In this document: piece after piece, positions 20,700-29,922 of the stretch
Layout of the letters: each line of letters begins with the position of its first letter
How positions within the stretch are numbered: position 1 is the stretch's first letter
Assembly: GCA_963676395.1 (NCBI GenBank)
Contig: OY781066.1
Coordinates: 1,984,001 to 2,048,000, forward strand
DNA from: a bacterium
Lineage (GTDB): Bacteria; Fidelibacterota; Fidelibacteria; Fidelibacterales; Fidelibacteraceae
DNA: 64,000 nt
Direction of reading: 5' to 3'
Position numbers and translations under genes: made by a program
Notes under the pieces: generated by a model
The model's database searches: none
What the model saw: only the letters and a program-made list of their open reading frames with translations
What the model was told of the DNA's origin: nothing

Positions 20700-23600
20700 A
20701 TGAAAAAGACGTTAGTTCTTTTACTGGTTCTCGTATGCTTTTCTTTTGCTGGAATGAGCAAAAGTGTTAGTTTTGAGAATTCCGGAGTTTCTGTCTCGGG
20801 TGCTGCAAAGGCTGAAGATGGAAATAATTATGTTGAAATTGCTTATAAAGATTGTAAACATTTAATTGAAGCTGGAAAGCCTGAATTGCCCGTTATTTAT
20901 AAGCAGTATATTATGTCTGCTGACGAGAAACCAGTAGGAATAACTATTTCCAACAAGAATACTACGATTTTACCTATTTCTTACCCTCTTTTACCGTCAA
21001 ATGGTAAGATTTCAACAAATGGAGATAAAGAGTACAATCATTTTGTAGGCCCAGATCCAATTATCTATTCATCAAAGGAATTGTATCCATTTAGTCCAGT
21101 AGAGATTGTTGATGATGGATACATGGCTGGAAATCATATTGTTAAAATTGCAATTTATCCTATTCAATATGATGTAATTAATAAATCGCTTGTAGTAAAT
21201 AATAATTTTGATTATGTGATTGCTACTGAATCTTCATCAAGTATGCGAAAATTAGCAACATCGCGAAAAGCTAAGATGCAAGACATATATGATAGAGCTC
21301 TAAGAAAACTCGTTGATAATCCAGAAGATATTACTCTTTATGAAGAAAAACCCATGACTAGGTTCGGTAAGGCTGCAGTAGCTAGCACGCTTTCATATTA
21401 TGATTATGTTATTGTTACTGGAGAAGATTATATTTCAAGCTTTGATGAATTTGTTGAATGGAAAACACGAAAAGGTTGGGATATTGGCATAGTAACAATT
21501 GAAGATATATATTCTAATTATACTGGTGATTTGACTTCAGGTATTAATGATAATGCTGGTAAGTTAAGGCAGTACTTATTAGATGCTTATACAAGTGGTA
21601 CAACTTTTGCTCTTTTAGGTGGTGATGAAACCATTTTACCATATAGAGAAGCACATAGAATGGGAAATGATTGGGATGGGACTTATAGGTGGTGTGCGAT
21701 ATTAGCAGACTTGTACTTTTCAGAATTTGATGCAGATTGGGATGCTGATAATGATGGTATTTATGGCGAAATTAGCGACAGTCCAGAGTTTGAAATTTAC
21801 CCTGAGATATACATAGGTAGAGTTTTAGGTTCTAATGATCAGGAGTTTAAGAATTGGATTGAGAAGGTGCTAATTTATGAACAAGATCCAGGTCGAGGAA
21901 ATCCTGACTATCTCCATAAAGCATTTATTGCTCAGGCTGATCAATTGCAATCTGGTCTTTGGGGACAAAGAATTGAGGATTCGCTTGATGTAGCTGGATT
22001 CACAACAACAATCTGGGAAGAGTCACCTTCATACTCCAGTACTACACCGACATCACCCACTGCACCATCAATAATAAGTCACCTAAATGATAACGATTAT
22101 GCCTTTATTAGTATTATGGGACATGGTTCTCCACATCAAATTACTGTACGTTCTCCTGGTGTAAATAATGGATCTTGGTATGATCAAATTACTACTTTTG
22201 AAGATATGGCAGATAATAGTGGTCAAGCAGGTGGTGCGTTTGAGAATTTAGATAATGCTGGTTTTCCAGGAATTCATTATAGTATTAGTTGTTCTAATTG
22301 TGAATTTACTACAGATATGTGTGGTGGAGCACGCAATTTTCCTGAAATGTACATGAACTATGGTAAGAATGGAGGAATTACCTTTTTAGGAAATACAAGA
22401 TATGGATATATTTCAACATCTTTATGGTTAATGGAAGATTTTGCAAATATATTAAATAATGGTGGTACAGAACATATTGGAGTTTTAGAGGGAGATTCTA
22501 AACCATTTTCATCTGATGAATATCTTTGGGCAAGCCACAATAATTTTGGGTGTCCCGAAACAAAAATGTGGACAGACGTTCCCGATGAATTTCAAAGTGT
22601 ATCAATAACTGATAATACATCATATATTTCAGTTAATGCCGGTGAAACAGGTTGTGAGATTACTGTTACTGCAGTAGATCCAGATGATTATACTCTTTCA
22701 GTAGAAAATGCGCAAAGTTATAATTTTGCAACCACTGAAAGGCCTCTGTTTGTAGTAATAACTAAAGACAACAAATTACCATATGTTACTATGGTTGGTC
22801 TCGGGGCTTTGTCTGGAAATGATACCTTGAAAAATGGTTATTCATATACTTTTCCAAATGATTTAGAAGTTTCTTCAACAGGGACATTAACAATTGAAGA
22901 GGGAACAACCCTAAAATTTGCTGCAAACAAAAAACTCAAAGTTTATGGTGAGCTGAACATAAATGGGTCAGAGGACTATCCCGTTGTAATAACAGCAGAT
23001 GATCTAAGTGCGACTCGAGATCATTGGGACGGAATTTATGGATATTCAGGTTCTGAAATTAATATCTCTAATGCTGAAGTTTCCAGATCTGATTATGGTA
23101 TTAATATGACAAGTGGTAAGCTTACAGTAGATAACTGTACTTTTAAAAAGAATGTATATGGTGTTAAAGTAAGCACTTCTACAGGTACAAATAGTCCCAC
23201 AATTACTAATTCAGTATTTGATGATAATACCCAGTATGGAATTTCTTATTACCATAGTAATGGGATAATATCTAACAATACCATCGAAAATGGTAAACGT
23301 GCTATAATTCCTAGGGGCAATATTACAATAAACTCAAATACCTTAAGAAACTTTGTATATGACGCTATTTGGTGTTTGGATTTTGATGGTGATATTCAGT
23401 TCAATGATATTACAGATTGTAGATTTGGTGTATATTTCTCATCATCTTCTTCAGGTGATATGCAAAATTGGTGGGATATGACTAAACCTGGAAGCACTGC
23501 TGAAAATAATGTATTTCATACACCAATGACATCATGTGTTAATATTGGTTCTCTTGCTACTCCTAATTTAGGTACAATGTTTGAGATTGATACAGATGTT

Positions 23601-24593
23601 GAAGCTGGGTGGAATGTATTTTGTGAACCTACTAGCTATGATGTATCTTCTTCTTATTCTGGAACAATAAAAGCTGAAGGTAATTGGTGGGGAAGTACAA
23701 GATCAATTTCAGGAACTGTTGATTATACGATGCCAGCTGGTGAAATTGTTAGTCTTTTTGGTAAAGAAAAATCTTTAACAGAAAATGAAATTAAATTTAA
23801 TCAAGCTTATCGATTAGAAAGACAGGGTCTCTATTCTGATGCCGCAGAAGGTTACTATTCTTTGATTATCGATAATGTATCCGGTGATGATTTAGAATGT
23901 CTTAGAAAATCTATGAACCGTATGAGAGGCTGTTATAGAAAACTCGAGGAATATGATGAGTTTAAAACAGTGTTAAACGAGATTTCAACAAATCATCCTG
24001 AAACTTATTTAGCTGCAAATGCAAAAAGTATGAATGCAGCACAGTTTACATTGAAAAATGATTATTCGAATGCTTTGGGAATGCTAGATGACGCAGTTGA
24101 AGAGTTTGTTGATTTAGGTTTGCGAGAAGCTGCGGCTAATTCTCTTCTTGATAAGTATGAATTGTTAGATTATATATCACAGAGAGAAGGAAGCCTTAAT
24201 AAATCTGCATTATCAGAAAATATATCTAATTGTAAGGATCGTTTGTTAGATGAATTTGCTGGAACTGAGGCGAGTGAATTATTAAAAGAAATCACGGGTG
24301 ATGGTGGATTAGTTCAGAGTGATATACCGGAAGAATTTAAACTTGGTTCTCCGTATCCTAATCCATTTAACCCTGTAATTACGATTCCTTACTCTTTGCC
24401 TAAAGAATCAATGATAAAAATTAACATCTATGATGTTTCGGGTAGAAAAGTAAGAACTTTGGTTAATTCAATGCAAAATGCTGGAGATTATTCAATAAGA
24501 TTTGATGCTTCTAACTTAGCAAGTGGTGTATATTTTATTAAGTTACATAGTTCAAGTTATAATGCAGTAGAAAAGATAATGTTGCTTAAGTAA
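20700..24593 (+). CDS. C25 (gingipain-family) cysteine peptidase with propeptide, beta-helix region and T9SS/FlgD-type C-terminal domain
   Basis: Signal peptide; GKPELP propeptide; LLGGD, ADLYF, EIYIGR, MGHGS and SISCS (His-Cys dyad); NWWG; YPNPFNP...IYDVSGRKV...LASGVYFIKL. Confidence 0.9.
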   Translation: MKKTLVLLLVLVCFSFAGMSKSVSFENSGVSVSGAAKAEDGNNYVEIAYKDCKHLIEAGKPELPVIYKQYIMSADEKPVGITISNKNTTILPISYPLLPSNGKISTNGDKEYNHFVGPDPIIYSSKELYPFSPVEIVDDGYMAGNHIVKIAIYPIQYDVINKSLVVNNNFDYVIATESSSSMRKLATSRKAKMQDIYDRALRKLVDNPEDITLYEEKPMTRFGKAAVASTLSYYDYVIVTGEDYISSFDEFVEWKTRKGWDIGIVTIEDIYSNYTGDLTSGINDNAGKLRQYLLDAYTSGTTFALLGGDETILPYREAHRMGNDWDGTYRWCAILADLYFSEFDADWDADNDGIYGEISDSPEFEIYPEIYIGRVLGSNDQEFKNWIEKVLIYEQDPGRGNPDYLHKAFIAQADQLQSGLWGQRIEDSLDVAGFTTTIWEESPSYSSTTPTSPTAPSIISHLNDNDYAFISIMGHGSPHQITVRSPGVNNGSWYDQITTFEDMADNSGQAGGAFENLDNAGFPGIHYSISCSNCEFTTDMCGGARNFPEMYMNYGKNGGITFLGNTRYGYISTSLWLMEDFANILNNGGTEHIGVLEGDSKPFSSDEYLWASHNNFGCPETKMWTDVPDEFQSVSITDNTSYISVNAGETGCEITVTAVDPDDYTLSVENAQSYNFATTERPLFVVITKDNKLPYVTMVGLGALSGNDTLKNGYSYTFPNDLEVSSTGTLTIEEGTTLKFAANKKLKVYGELNINGSEDYPVVITADDLSATRDHWDGIYGYSGSEINISNAEVSRSDYGINMTSGKLTVDNCTFKKNVYGVKVSTSTGTNSPTITNSVFDDNTQYGISYYHSNGIISNNTIENGKRAIIPRGNITINSNTLRNFVYDAIWCLDFDGDIQFNDITDCRFGVYFSSSSSGDMQNWWDMTKPGSTAENNVFHTPMTSCVNIGSLATPNLGTMFEIDTDVEAGWNVFCEPTSYDVSSSYSGTIKAEGNWWGSTRSISGTVDYTMPAGEIVSLFGKEKSLTENEIKFNQAYRLERQGLYSDAAEGYYSLIIDNVSGDDLECLRKSMNRMRGCYRKLEEYDEFKTVLNEISTNHPETYLAANAKSMNAAQFTLKNDYSNALGMLDDAVEEFVDLGLREAAANSLLDKYELLDYISQREGSLNKSALSENISNCKDRLLDEFAGTEASELLKEITGDGGLVQSDIPEEFKLGSPYPNPFNPVITIPYSLPKESMIKINIYDVSGRKVRTLVNSMQNAGDYSIRFDASNLASGVYFIKLHSSSYNAVEKIMLLK

Positions 24594-24612
24594 ATAAAAT
24601 AAAGGATTTAAT

Positions 24613-25199
24613 ATGAAGATGATGAAGAGTGTAATATGGATAATACTTTTTGCAATGATTAACGCTGCTTCATTGTATTCTATTGACACCTTGAATACCA
24701 TAGCACATTTTACTAATACTCCCCCAACAACAACCGGCTCAATAATGAAGCCGGTTGTTTTGGGGGATATAAATGCTGATGGATTTGATGACTGGGCTTT
24801 TAATTATCGTGATAGAATTGTCTATTTGTCGGAAGATCCGATATTTGTTTTTTTGGGTTCTGATACAATTGATTTTACTGAGGAGTACAAAATTCAAGCA
24901 AGAGAAATTGGTAACGTAGGTGATGTCAATGGTGATAATTATGATGATTTGGCCTATATAAGAATAAAGCATTGTGCGGGTACACAATCACTGTTAACAA
25001 ATCCAGTTATATATTTGCTATATGGTGGATTAGATTTTGATCTTGTCCCTGATGATAGTTGTCTGATACCTAATGTAGAATATCTTGATTAGGTAAGATT
25101 TGAGGAGTTTAAGAAAATTGGAGATATAAATGGAGATGGGTATGATGATATTGTTTATGGTCCAAATTGTTTTGAGGGAGCCTTTATACCAGGAGGATC
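24613..25199 (+). pseudogene. FG-GAP/integrin-alpha repeat secreted protein with internal amber stop and IS truncation
   Basis: GDINADGFDD, GDVNGDNYDD, TAG at 25090-25092, then in-frame GDINGDGYDD up to the IS end. Confidence 0.85.
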
Positions 25200-26671
25200 T
25201 GTACGTCTTCAAAGTTAATTGGACAAGTTTCATGATAAGTTAAGAGATACATTTCAGTTTACCAAGTTTAATATCTGAGCATTGTTTTGAGGGCTCAGAT
25301 TTTGTTTTCTACGCAATTTTATTGTTTCGATCTTGATCCTTTCACGTCTGCTAAGCACTTCATGATGACGGCCGTAAAATACATCGGCCGGTGTAACGTT
25401 ATTAATCGATTCATGGTACCGTTCATTGTTGTAATGATCCACAAACTGTTTTAGTTCATTCTCCAGCTCCCAAGGGAAGTAATAAGTGTCCAATTTCACG
25501 ACATTTTTCATGGTCCTGTGATAGCGCTCTATCTTACCCTGAGTCATAGGATGATACGGCGCTCCTCGAGTATGATCCATCTGCTTCTGATCCAAATACT
25601 CTTTCAATCGGATAGCAGTCTGGGTTTATGTTTGACCTTAACCTTATCTACACCGGTTTTCGCGATTGCCAGATCCAGGGTGTCTTTGACGTCTTCGGCC
25701 GTCATGCTATTGGTCAGTTTCCAGCTGATGATATAGCGGGAGTAATCATCAAGCACTGAAGATAGATAATACCAGCCCCAGCCTACGATTCTGAAGTAAG
25801 TGAAGTTAGTAGCTCGTTGACTCGCTTTGTAGGGTTCTTAAACTTATCTCCTGCAGACATTAAAATAAAAGCCGGAGATGTGATCAGATCATAGGATTTA
25901 AGTATTCTGTATACTGAGGATTCAGAAATAAAGTACTCGTATTTATCTGTAATATGACAGGCCAGTTCACGTGGAGATTTATCCGGTTCTTCCAGCGCGA
26001 TATTAACCACTTGCTCTTTGACGAAGTTGGGGATCCTGTTCCAGAATCGTAGAGTTTGAAGGCTTGGTTGCAAGTCCGTCATAGCCGTCTTCAAGATACC
26101 GCCGATACCAATTGTAGAAGGTACTGCGATTGATACCCAGTTCACTGAGTGTGCGTTTTTCCGATATGTCAGAGTTTTCTACCAGTTTGATTATCTCCAT
26201 CTTTTCTGATTGGGAGTGTCTCATATATTTATCGATCTTTATTCCGCGCCATTCAAACTTTTTTTTAATCTCCGGTGAGTCAACATCAGTTCGGCTACCA
26301 GTTCTTTTAGTTGTTCGTTCTCCTGGCGCATTTCATTTACTTCCACACTATTTGCTTCACGTATAGTATCGCCTTGAAGGCGTTTCTTACCGGCTTCTAA
26401 AAAGTCTTTGCTCCATTTGTAGTATTGATTGGGATGAATGCCTTCTCGGCGGCATATTGCCGCTATGCTGTCTTCGCCTCTTAAACACTCTAAGACGATC
26501 CGTATTTTGTTTTCGAGGGAAATCTTCTGCGGGTTGCTCTTTTGATGTCTTTGATCACTTTTTCTGCACTGTCTGATGGTTTCATTTAGACTCCTTTGCT
26601 ACTATCTTAAGTTACAAAAGTGTCTCTTAAATTCTTACCTCAAACTGTCCACTTTAGGCTGACGTTAAACA
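25200..26671 (-). mobile_element. Degenerate IS3-family-like element (orfA/orfB, TGT...ACA ends)
   Basis: Imperfect IRs sharing TGT-N17-TGGACA...TTAAGAGA; orfA starts 26585; A8 slippery run at 26259-26266; orfB fragments with FTYFRIVGWGWYYLSSVLDDYSR and HPMTQGKIER; several frameshifts. Confidence 0.88.
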
Positions 26672-26918
26672 CATCTGAAGTAGCTGTTTCAAATATAATT
26701 GTATTGTCACCTACTCCAAGAGGTATTTCTTTAACAACTCTACCACCAGAATAAAGAATATATGGAGAATTATCATTTCTGATCAAAATATGCATATCCC
26801 CGTTGTTTGCGGGGAAGATTTCTCCATAGCTTCCACTTTTTATAAGAATAGAGGCAAAACTTTGGGTAAATAAGAGTAAAACAATAATTGAGAAAATTAC
26901 AATATTTCGTTTATTCAT
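26640..26918 (-). pseudogene. Secreted protein truncated by the IS
   Basis: Signal peptide; the last ~10 codons and the stop lie inside the IS end. Confidence 0.6.
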
Positions 26919-27075
26919 AAGAGCTTCATTAATTTTAATACCAAAACATACAAAATCCCATCAACTTATAAAAGGAATATTTTCATATGTAGGAAAGTGG
27001 ATAGAATTGGCTTGGTAATGTTAGATATTCTATTTATATTACTACAAAATAAAAATATTTGATAGGGGAAGTGAA

Positions 27076-27915
27076 ATGAAAAAGTTGATACTAATTCTAT
27101 TTGTGACTGTTATGATCATATCTTGTAATCTTTTTAATCCTCCCATTAATAACGATCCCCCGGTTAATATGTTGATAGATAATGATAGCATTCCGGAATG
27201 GTACCCAAGCAGATTGACGGTATCTTCGGAGCGTCTGGGGGAATACCAAAATGTATTGACGGATTTTGGAGTAACATATGATCTGGATTTAACTCGTGTC
27301 GAGAATAATAGCCTGTGTGCTCGCCTAGAGGAAACCTATATAGAACCAAAAATAAAAGTTTGTACATTTACTGATCCTGAAAAATATAATTCGGAATTTA
27401 AGGAAGGGATTCTTTCCTTTATTGATGAATGGCAAAAAATTGTTTCTTCAGATACATTTTGCGTAGATACTTTTAGATTAATAACATATGGATTTGGTGA
27501 TTTCTATATTAAAGATCATTATGAGTGCCCTGTATACGGTAGAAATTCGTGGCTTGGATCTTTTCGAGCATTTGTCGATAGTGCAGGCTATCTATATAGA
27601 TTAGAATCCGATATTGTCCCACAACTGAAAGTTCCTCAAAATCCAATGTTTGATGCAGATAGTGCCAGAAGGATGATTGTTGGATATCTCTGGTACTATC
27701 ATGATTGTAGTGGTGACCGTGTTGACTGTGTCGTTGATTCATCTGAGATCAGTTCGGTAGAACTTAATGTTTACATTGATAGGTTTCCTCGGGATAGAGA
27801 TGACATTATTTACAGACTTATTTGGTGTGTTTCAACAAGTGGATTGCCCGTTGATTTTCTTATTGATGCAATGACGGGAGAAATCCTTACTTACATACAT
27901 AAATTCCGGACATAG
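27076..27915 (+). CDS. Hypothetical lipoprotein with PepSY-like C-terminus
   Basis: IISC lipobox; W.V...FLIDAMTGEIL. Confidence 0.75.
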   Translation: MKKLILILFVTVMIISCNLFNPPINNDPPVNMLIDNDSIPEWYPSRLTVSSERLGEYQNVLTDFGVTYDLDLTRVENNSLCARLEETYIEPKIKVCTFTDPEKYNSEFKEGILSFIDEWQKIVSSDTFCVDTFRLITYGFGDFYIKDHYECPVYGRNSWLGSFRAFVDSAGYLYRLESDIVPQLKVPQNPMFDADSARRMIVGYLWYYHDCSGDRVDCVVDSSEISSVELNVYIDRFPRDRDDIIYRLIWCVSTSGLPVDFLIDAMTGEILTYIHKFRT

Positions 27916-28064
27916 CGATAATACATTACGAAGCTTTCCAAATCAGTTTAGATAAATATCAACCCCTAAACCCTTATAAACACACACTTTGCCACATCCA
28001 AAATAAAACCTGGCACCATTTGGGCACCACTTTGCCCGAAATTCGCTTAAACACAGGTTATTTT

Positions 28065-28120
28065 AGGTCCTTAAAATCCCTCGTCCGCTAGCTGGCGGAC
28101 GAACTGGTTCAAGTCCGGTC
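28065..28120 (+). repeat. Partial tRNA-Leu copy (att-like) with a substituted variable arm
   Basis: CTTAAAATCCCTCG...ACTGGTTCAAGTCCGGTC; preceded by 63 bp (28005-28067) identical to 19586-19648. Confidence 0.88.
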
Positions 28121-28124
28121 AAAA

Positions 28125-28150
28125 AAAAAGCTCATTAATGGAGCTTTTTT
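28125..28150. terminator. Bidirectional terminator-like hairpin
   Basis: AAAAAGCTC-attaatg-GAGCTTTTTT. Confidence 0.75.
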
Positions 28151-28222
28151 GCATATATAAAAATTAAAGTAAAAAGATTAAAGTAGGATTGTTTCTAATT
28201 GTTGAAGCAGTAGAAAATATTA

Positions 28223-28879
28223 TCAATTTATAACAATCCCAATGCCTACATGTATATTTGAATTGCTAAATTGATGATTTGACAATCCCGCTATGGGAGC
28301 AAACAGTACATATTTTACATATGCGTATAGAAATCTATATCTTATACTTACTTCAGGAGTTAGCATAAATGTTTCACCATATCCATCCTCAGCTCCAATG
28401 CCAATTCTTTTGAATAATAAGTGCTCAGCAGAAAGTTGTGGTATCATTTCAAAATGATTAAATATCTGGAAATTCCTTTTTAAGGCTAAGCCATAGACAA
28501 TCCCATTTTCTACTTTAGAAAATGAATCAGTATGATAATCATCATAGTAGTATTGTGTGGTAATCCAAATATCCATAGGAAAATTCCATTTATTATGATC
28601 TAAAAGAGAGAAAGATATGTTTCCATTATAACGAGAATACCATGATTCCTCTACAAATTCTATTGTCCATAAATCATCATGTGAATATTGATATCCCGCT
28701 CCGATCTGCAGTCCAAAATTAAAAGTATATGCACCTTCAAACTCATAGGATCTAATGTTATAATATGAATTGGCTCTACCTACATGAAAATTGAAGGTAT
28801 TCTTCCCCTTTTCACCAAGAATAGTCATAGCAGATAAAAAACTAAATGAAATCAACAGTGGCAGTATAAATTTTCTCAT
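28223..28879 (-). CDS. Secreted protein, probable outer-membrane beta-barrel
   Basis: Likely start MRKFILPLL at 28879; aromatic-rich amphipathic strands; C-terminal HVGIGIVIN. Confidence 0.7.
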   Translation of the reverse strand: MRKFILPLLISFSFLSAMTILGEKGKNTFNFHVGRANSYYNIRSYEFEGAYTFNFGLQIGAGYQYSHDDLWTIEFVEESWYSRYNGNISFSLLDHNKWNFPMDIWITTQYYYDDYHTDSFSKVENGIVYGLALKRNFQIFNHFEMIPQLSAEHLLFKRIGIGAEDGYGETFMLTPEVSIRYRFLYAYVKYVLFAPIAGLSNHQFSNSNIHVGIGIVIN

Positions 28880-29138
28880 GGACAAATCCTTAATATTTAC
28901 TATAATATTTAATACAGTAAAAAGTTCCATAAATATATGAAATAGTTTGATAAAAGGAACATCATGTTTTTGATATCATTACGTATTAGTTAATGAATAA
29001 ATAATCAATATATTTTGCAATATTGGTATGGTAAATAATCAATGCACACATAAACAAAGTTCCAAACGTCTGTTAGAAAAAAACTGGCATCATTTGGGCA
29101 CCACTTTCTCCGGAATCCGCTTTAACACAGGTTATTTT

Positions 29139-29186
29139 AGGGACTTAAAATCTAATGCCGTACCGGTTCAAGTCCGGTCTTCGGTA
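29139..29186 (+). repeat. Partial tRNA-Leu 3' copy (att-like) with the same 10-bp deletion
   Basis: AGGGACTTAAAATC-TAATGCCGTACCGGTTCAAGTCCGGTCTTCGGTA. Confidence 0.92.
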
Positions 29187-29304
29187 TCCTACAAAACCCC
29201 TTTAAATAAGGGGTTTTGTGCTTTTAGTGCCCTTTTTCTTCTTGATTTCAAATGCATCTCATTTTATCAAAACTACGACTAAAAGAGTCATTCCTTGTCA
29301 AAAT

Positions 29305-29721
29305 TCAATGACAACCCAATAGCAAAATATTTTCAATTTGATCTGATAGGCTGCTGTAGTTCTCTTTAACGATATCTGCATAGTGCTGCTCGGTCACTTT
29401 TGTTGATGAATGACGGAGGAACCGGGACACATGATAGATGCTTACACCTTCTTGAAGCAACCAGGCATCGGCAGATCTTCGCCAGTCATGAGTTGTGCTG
29501 TGAAGCTTTGCTTTTTTACATGCTGTATCGTATCTGTTGTGGATGTAATCGTAGTTGTAAGGGAAGGCGTACTTGCCTTTGGGATTTTCTTCCCGGATTC
29601 GCTCAAGGATATCGATACATTTTTCATTCATATAAAGAGCTGCCTGAAAACGACCTTTTACAATGTATGAATCTAGGACGATCACTTTATCTTCTAATCG
29701 TTCCAGAGGCATTTTGATCAT
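29305..29721 (-). pseudogene. Tyrosine recombinase C-terminal remnant, paralog of 19812-20071
   Basis: HDWRRS...LRHSSTKVTEQHYA; no box-I Arg region before an upstream in-frame stop. Confidence 0.88.
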
Positions 29722-29922
29722 ATGATGAAAGTTAATATATGGTCACGTATAATATCTTGCTTTTCCTAGCATTAAGAACTAATTTACTATTAAATAATGA
29801 ATTATGATTGGACAAGTTAGGGACAAAGATTTAAAAATTAGTGTTTTCATAATAGAGTTGTAAAACGAAAATTCAGCTCAAAGTTGGAATACTAAGGTTG
29901 GCTTATTGTAAATAGGAAGCAT

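Larger units (their letters stand above)
18549..29721. mobile_element. tRNA-Leu-anchored composite genomic island / tandem cassette array (right end uncertain)
   Basis: Three partial tRNA-Leu copies, two integrase remnants, decayed IS, non-housekeeping cargo. Confidence 0.8.

Noticed and set aside
19646..29186. Additional functional tRNA-Leu genes or a split tRNA
   Set aside because: All three copies lack the 5' acceptor strand and D arm, two have a broken variable arm, and the intact gene is present
18549..29721. Classical integron or intact prophage
   Set aside because: No full-length IntI, no attC-type sites recognised, no recognisable phage structural or replication genes
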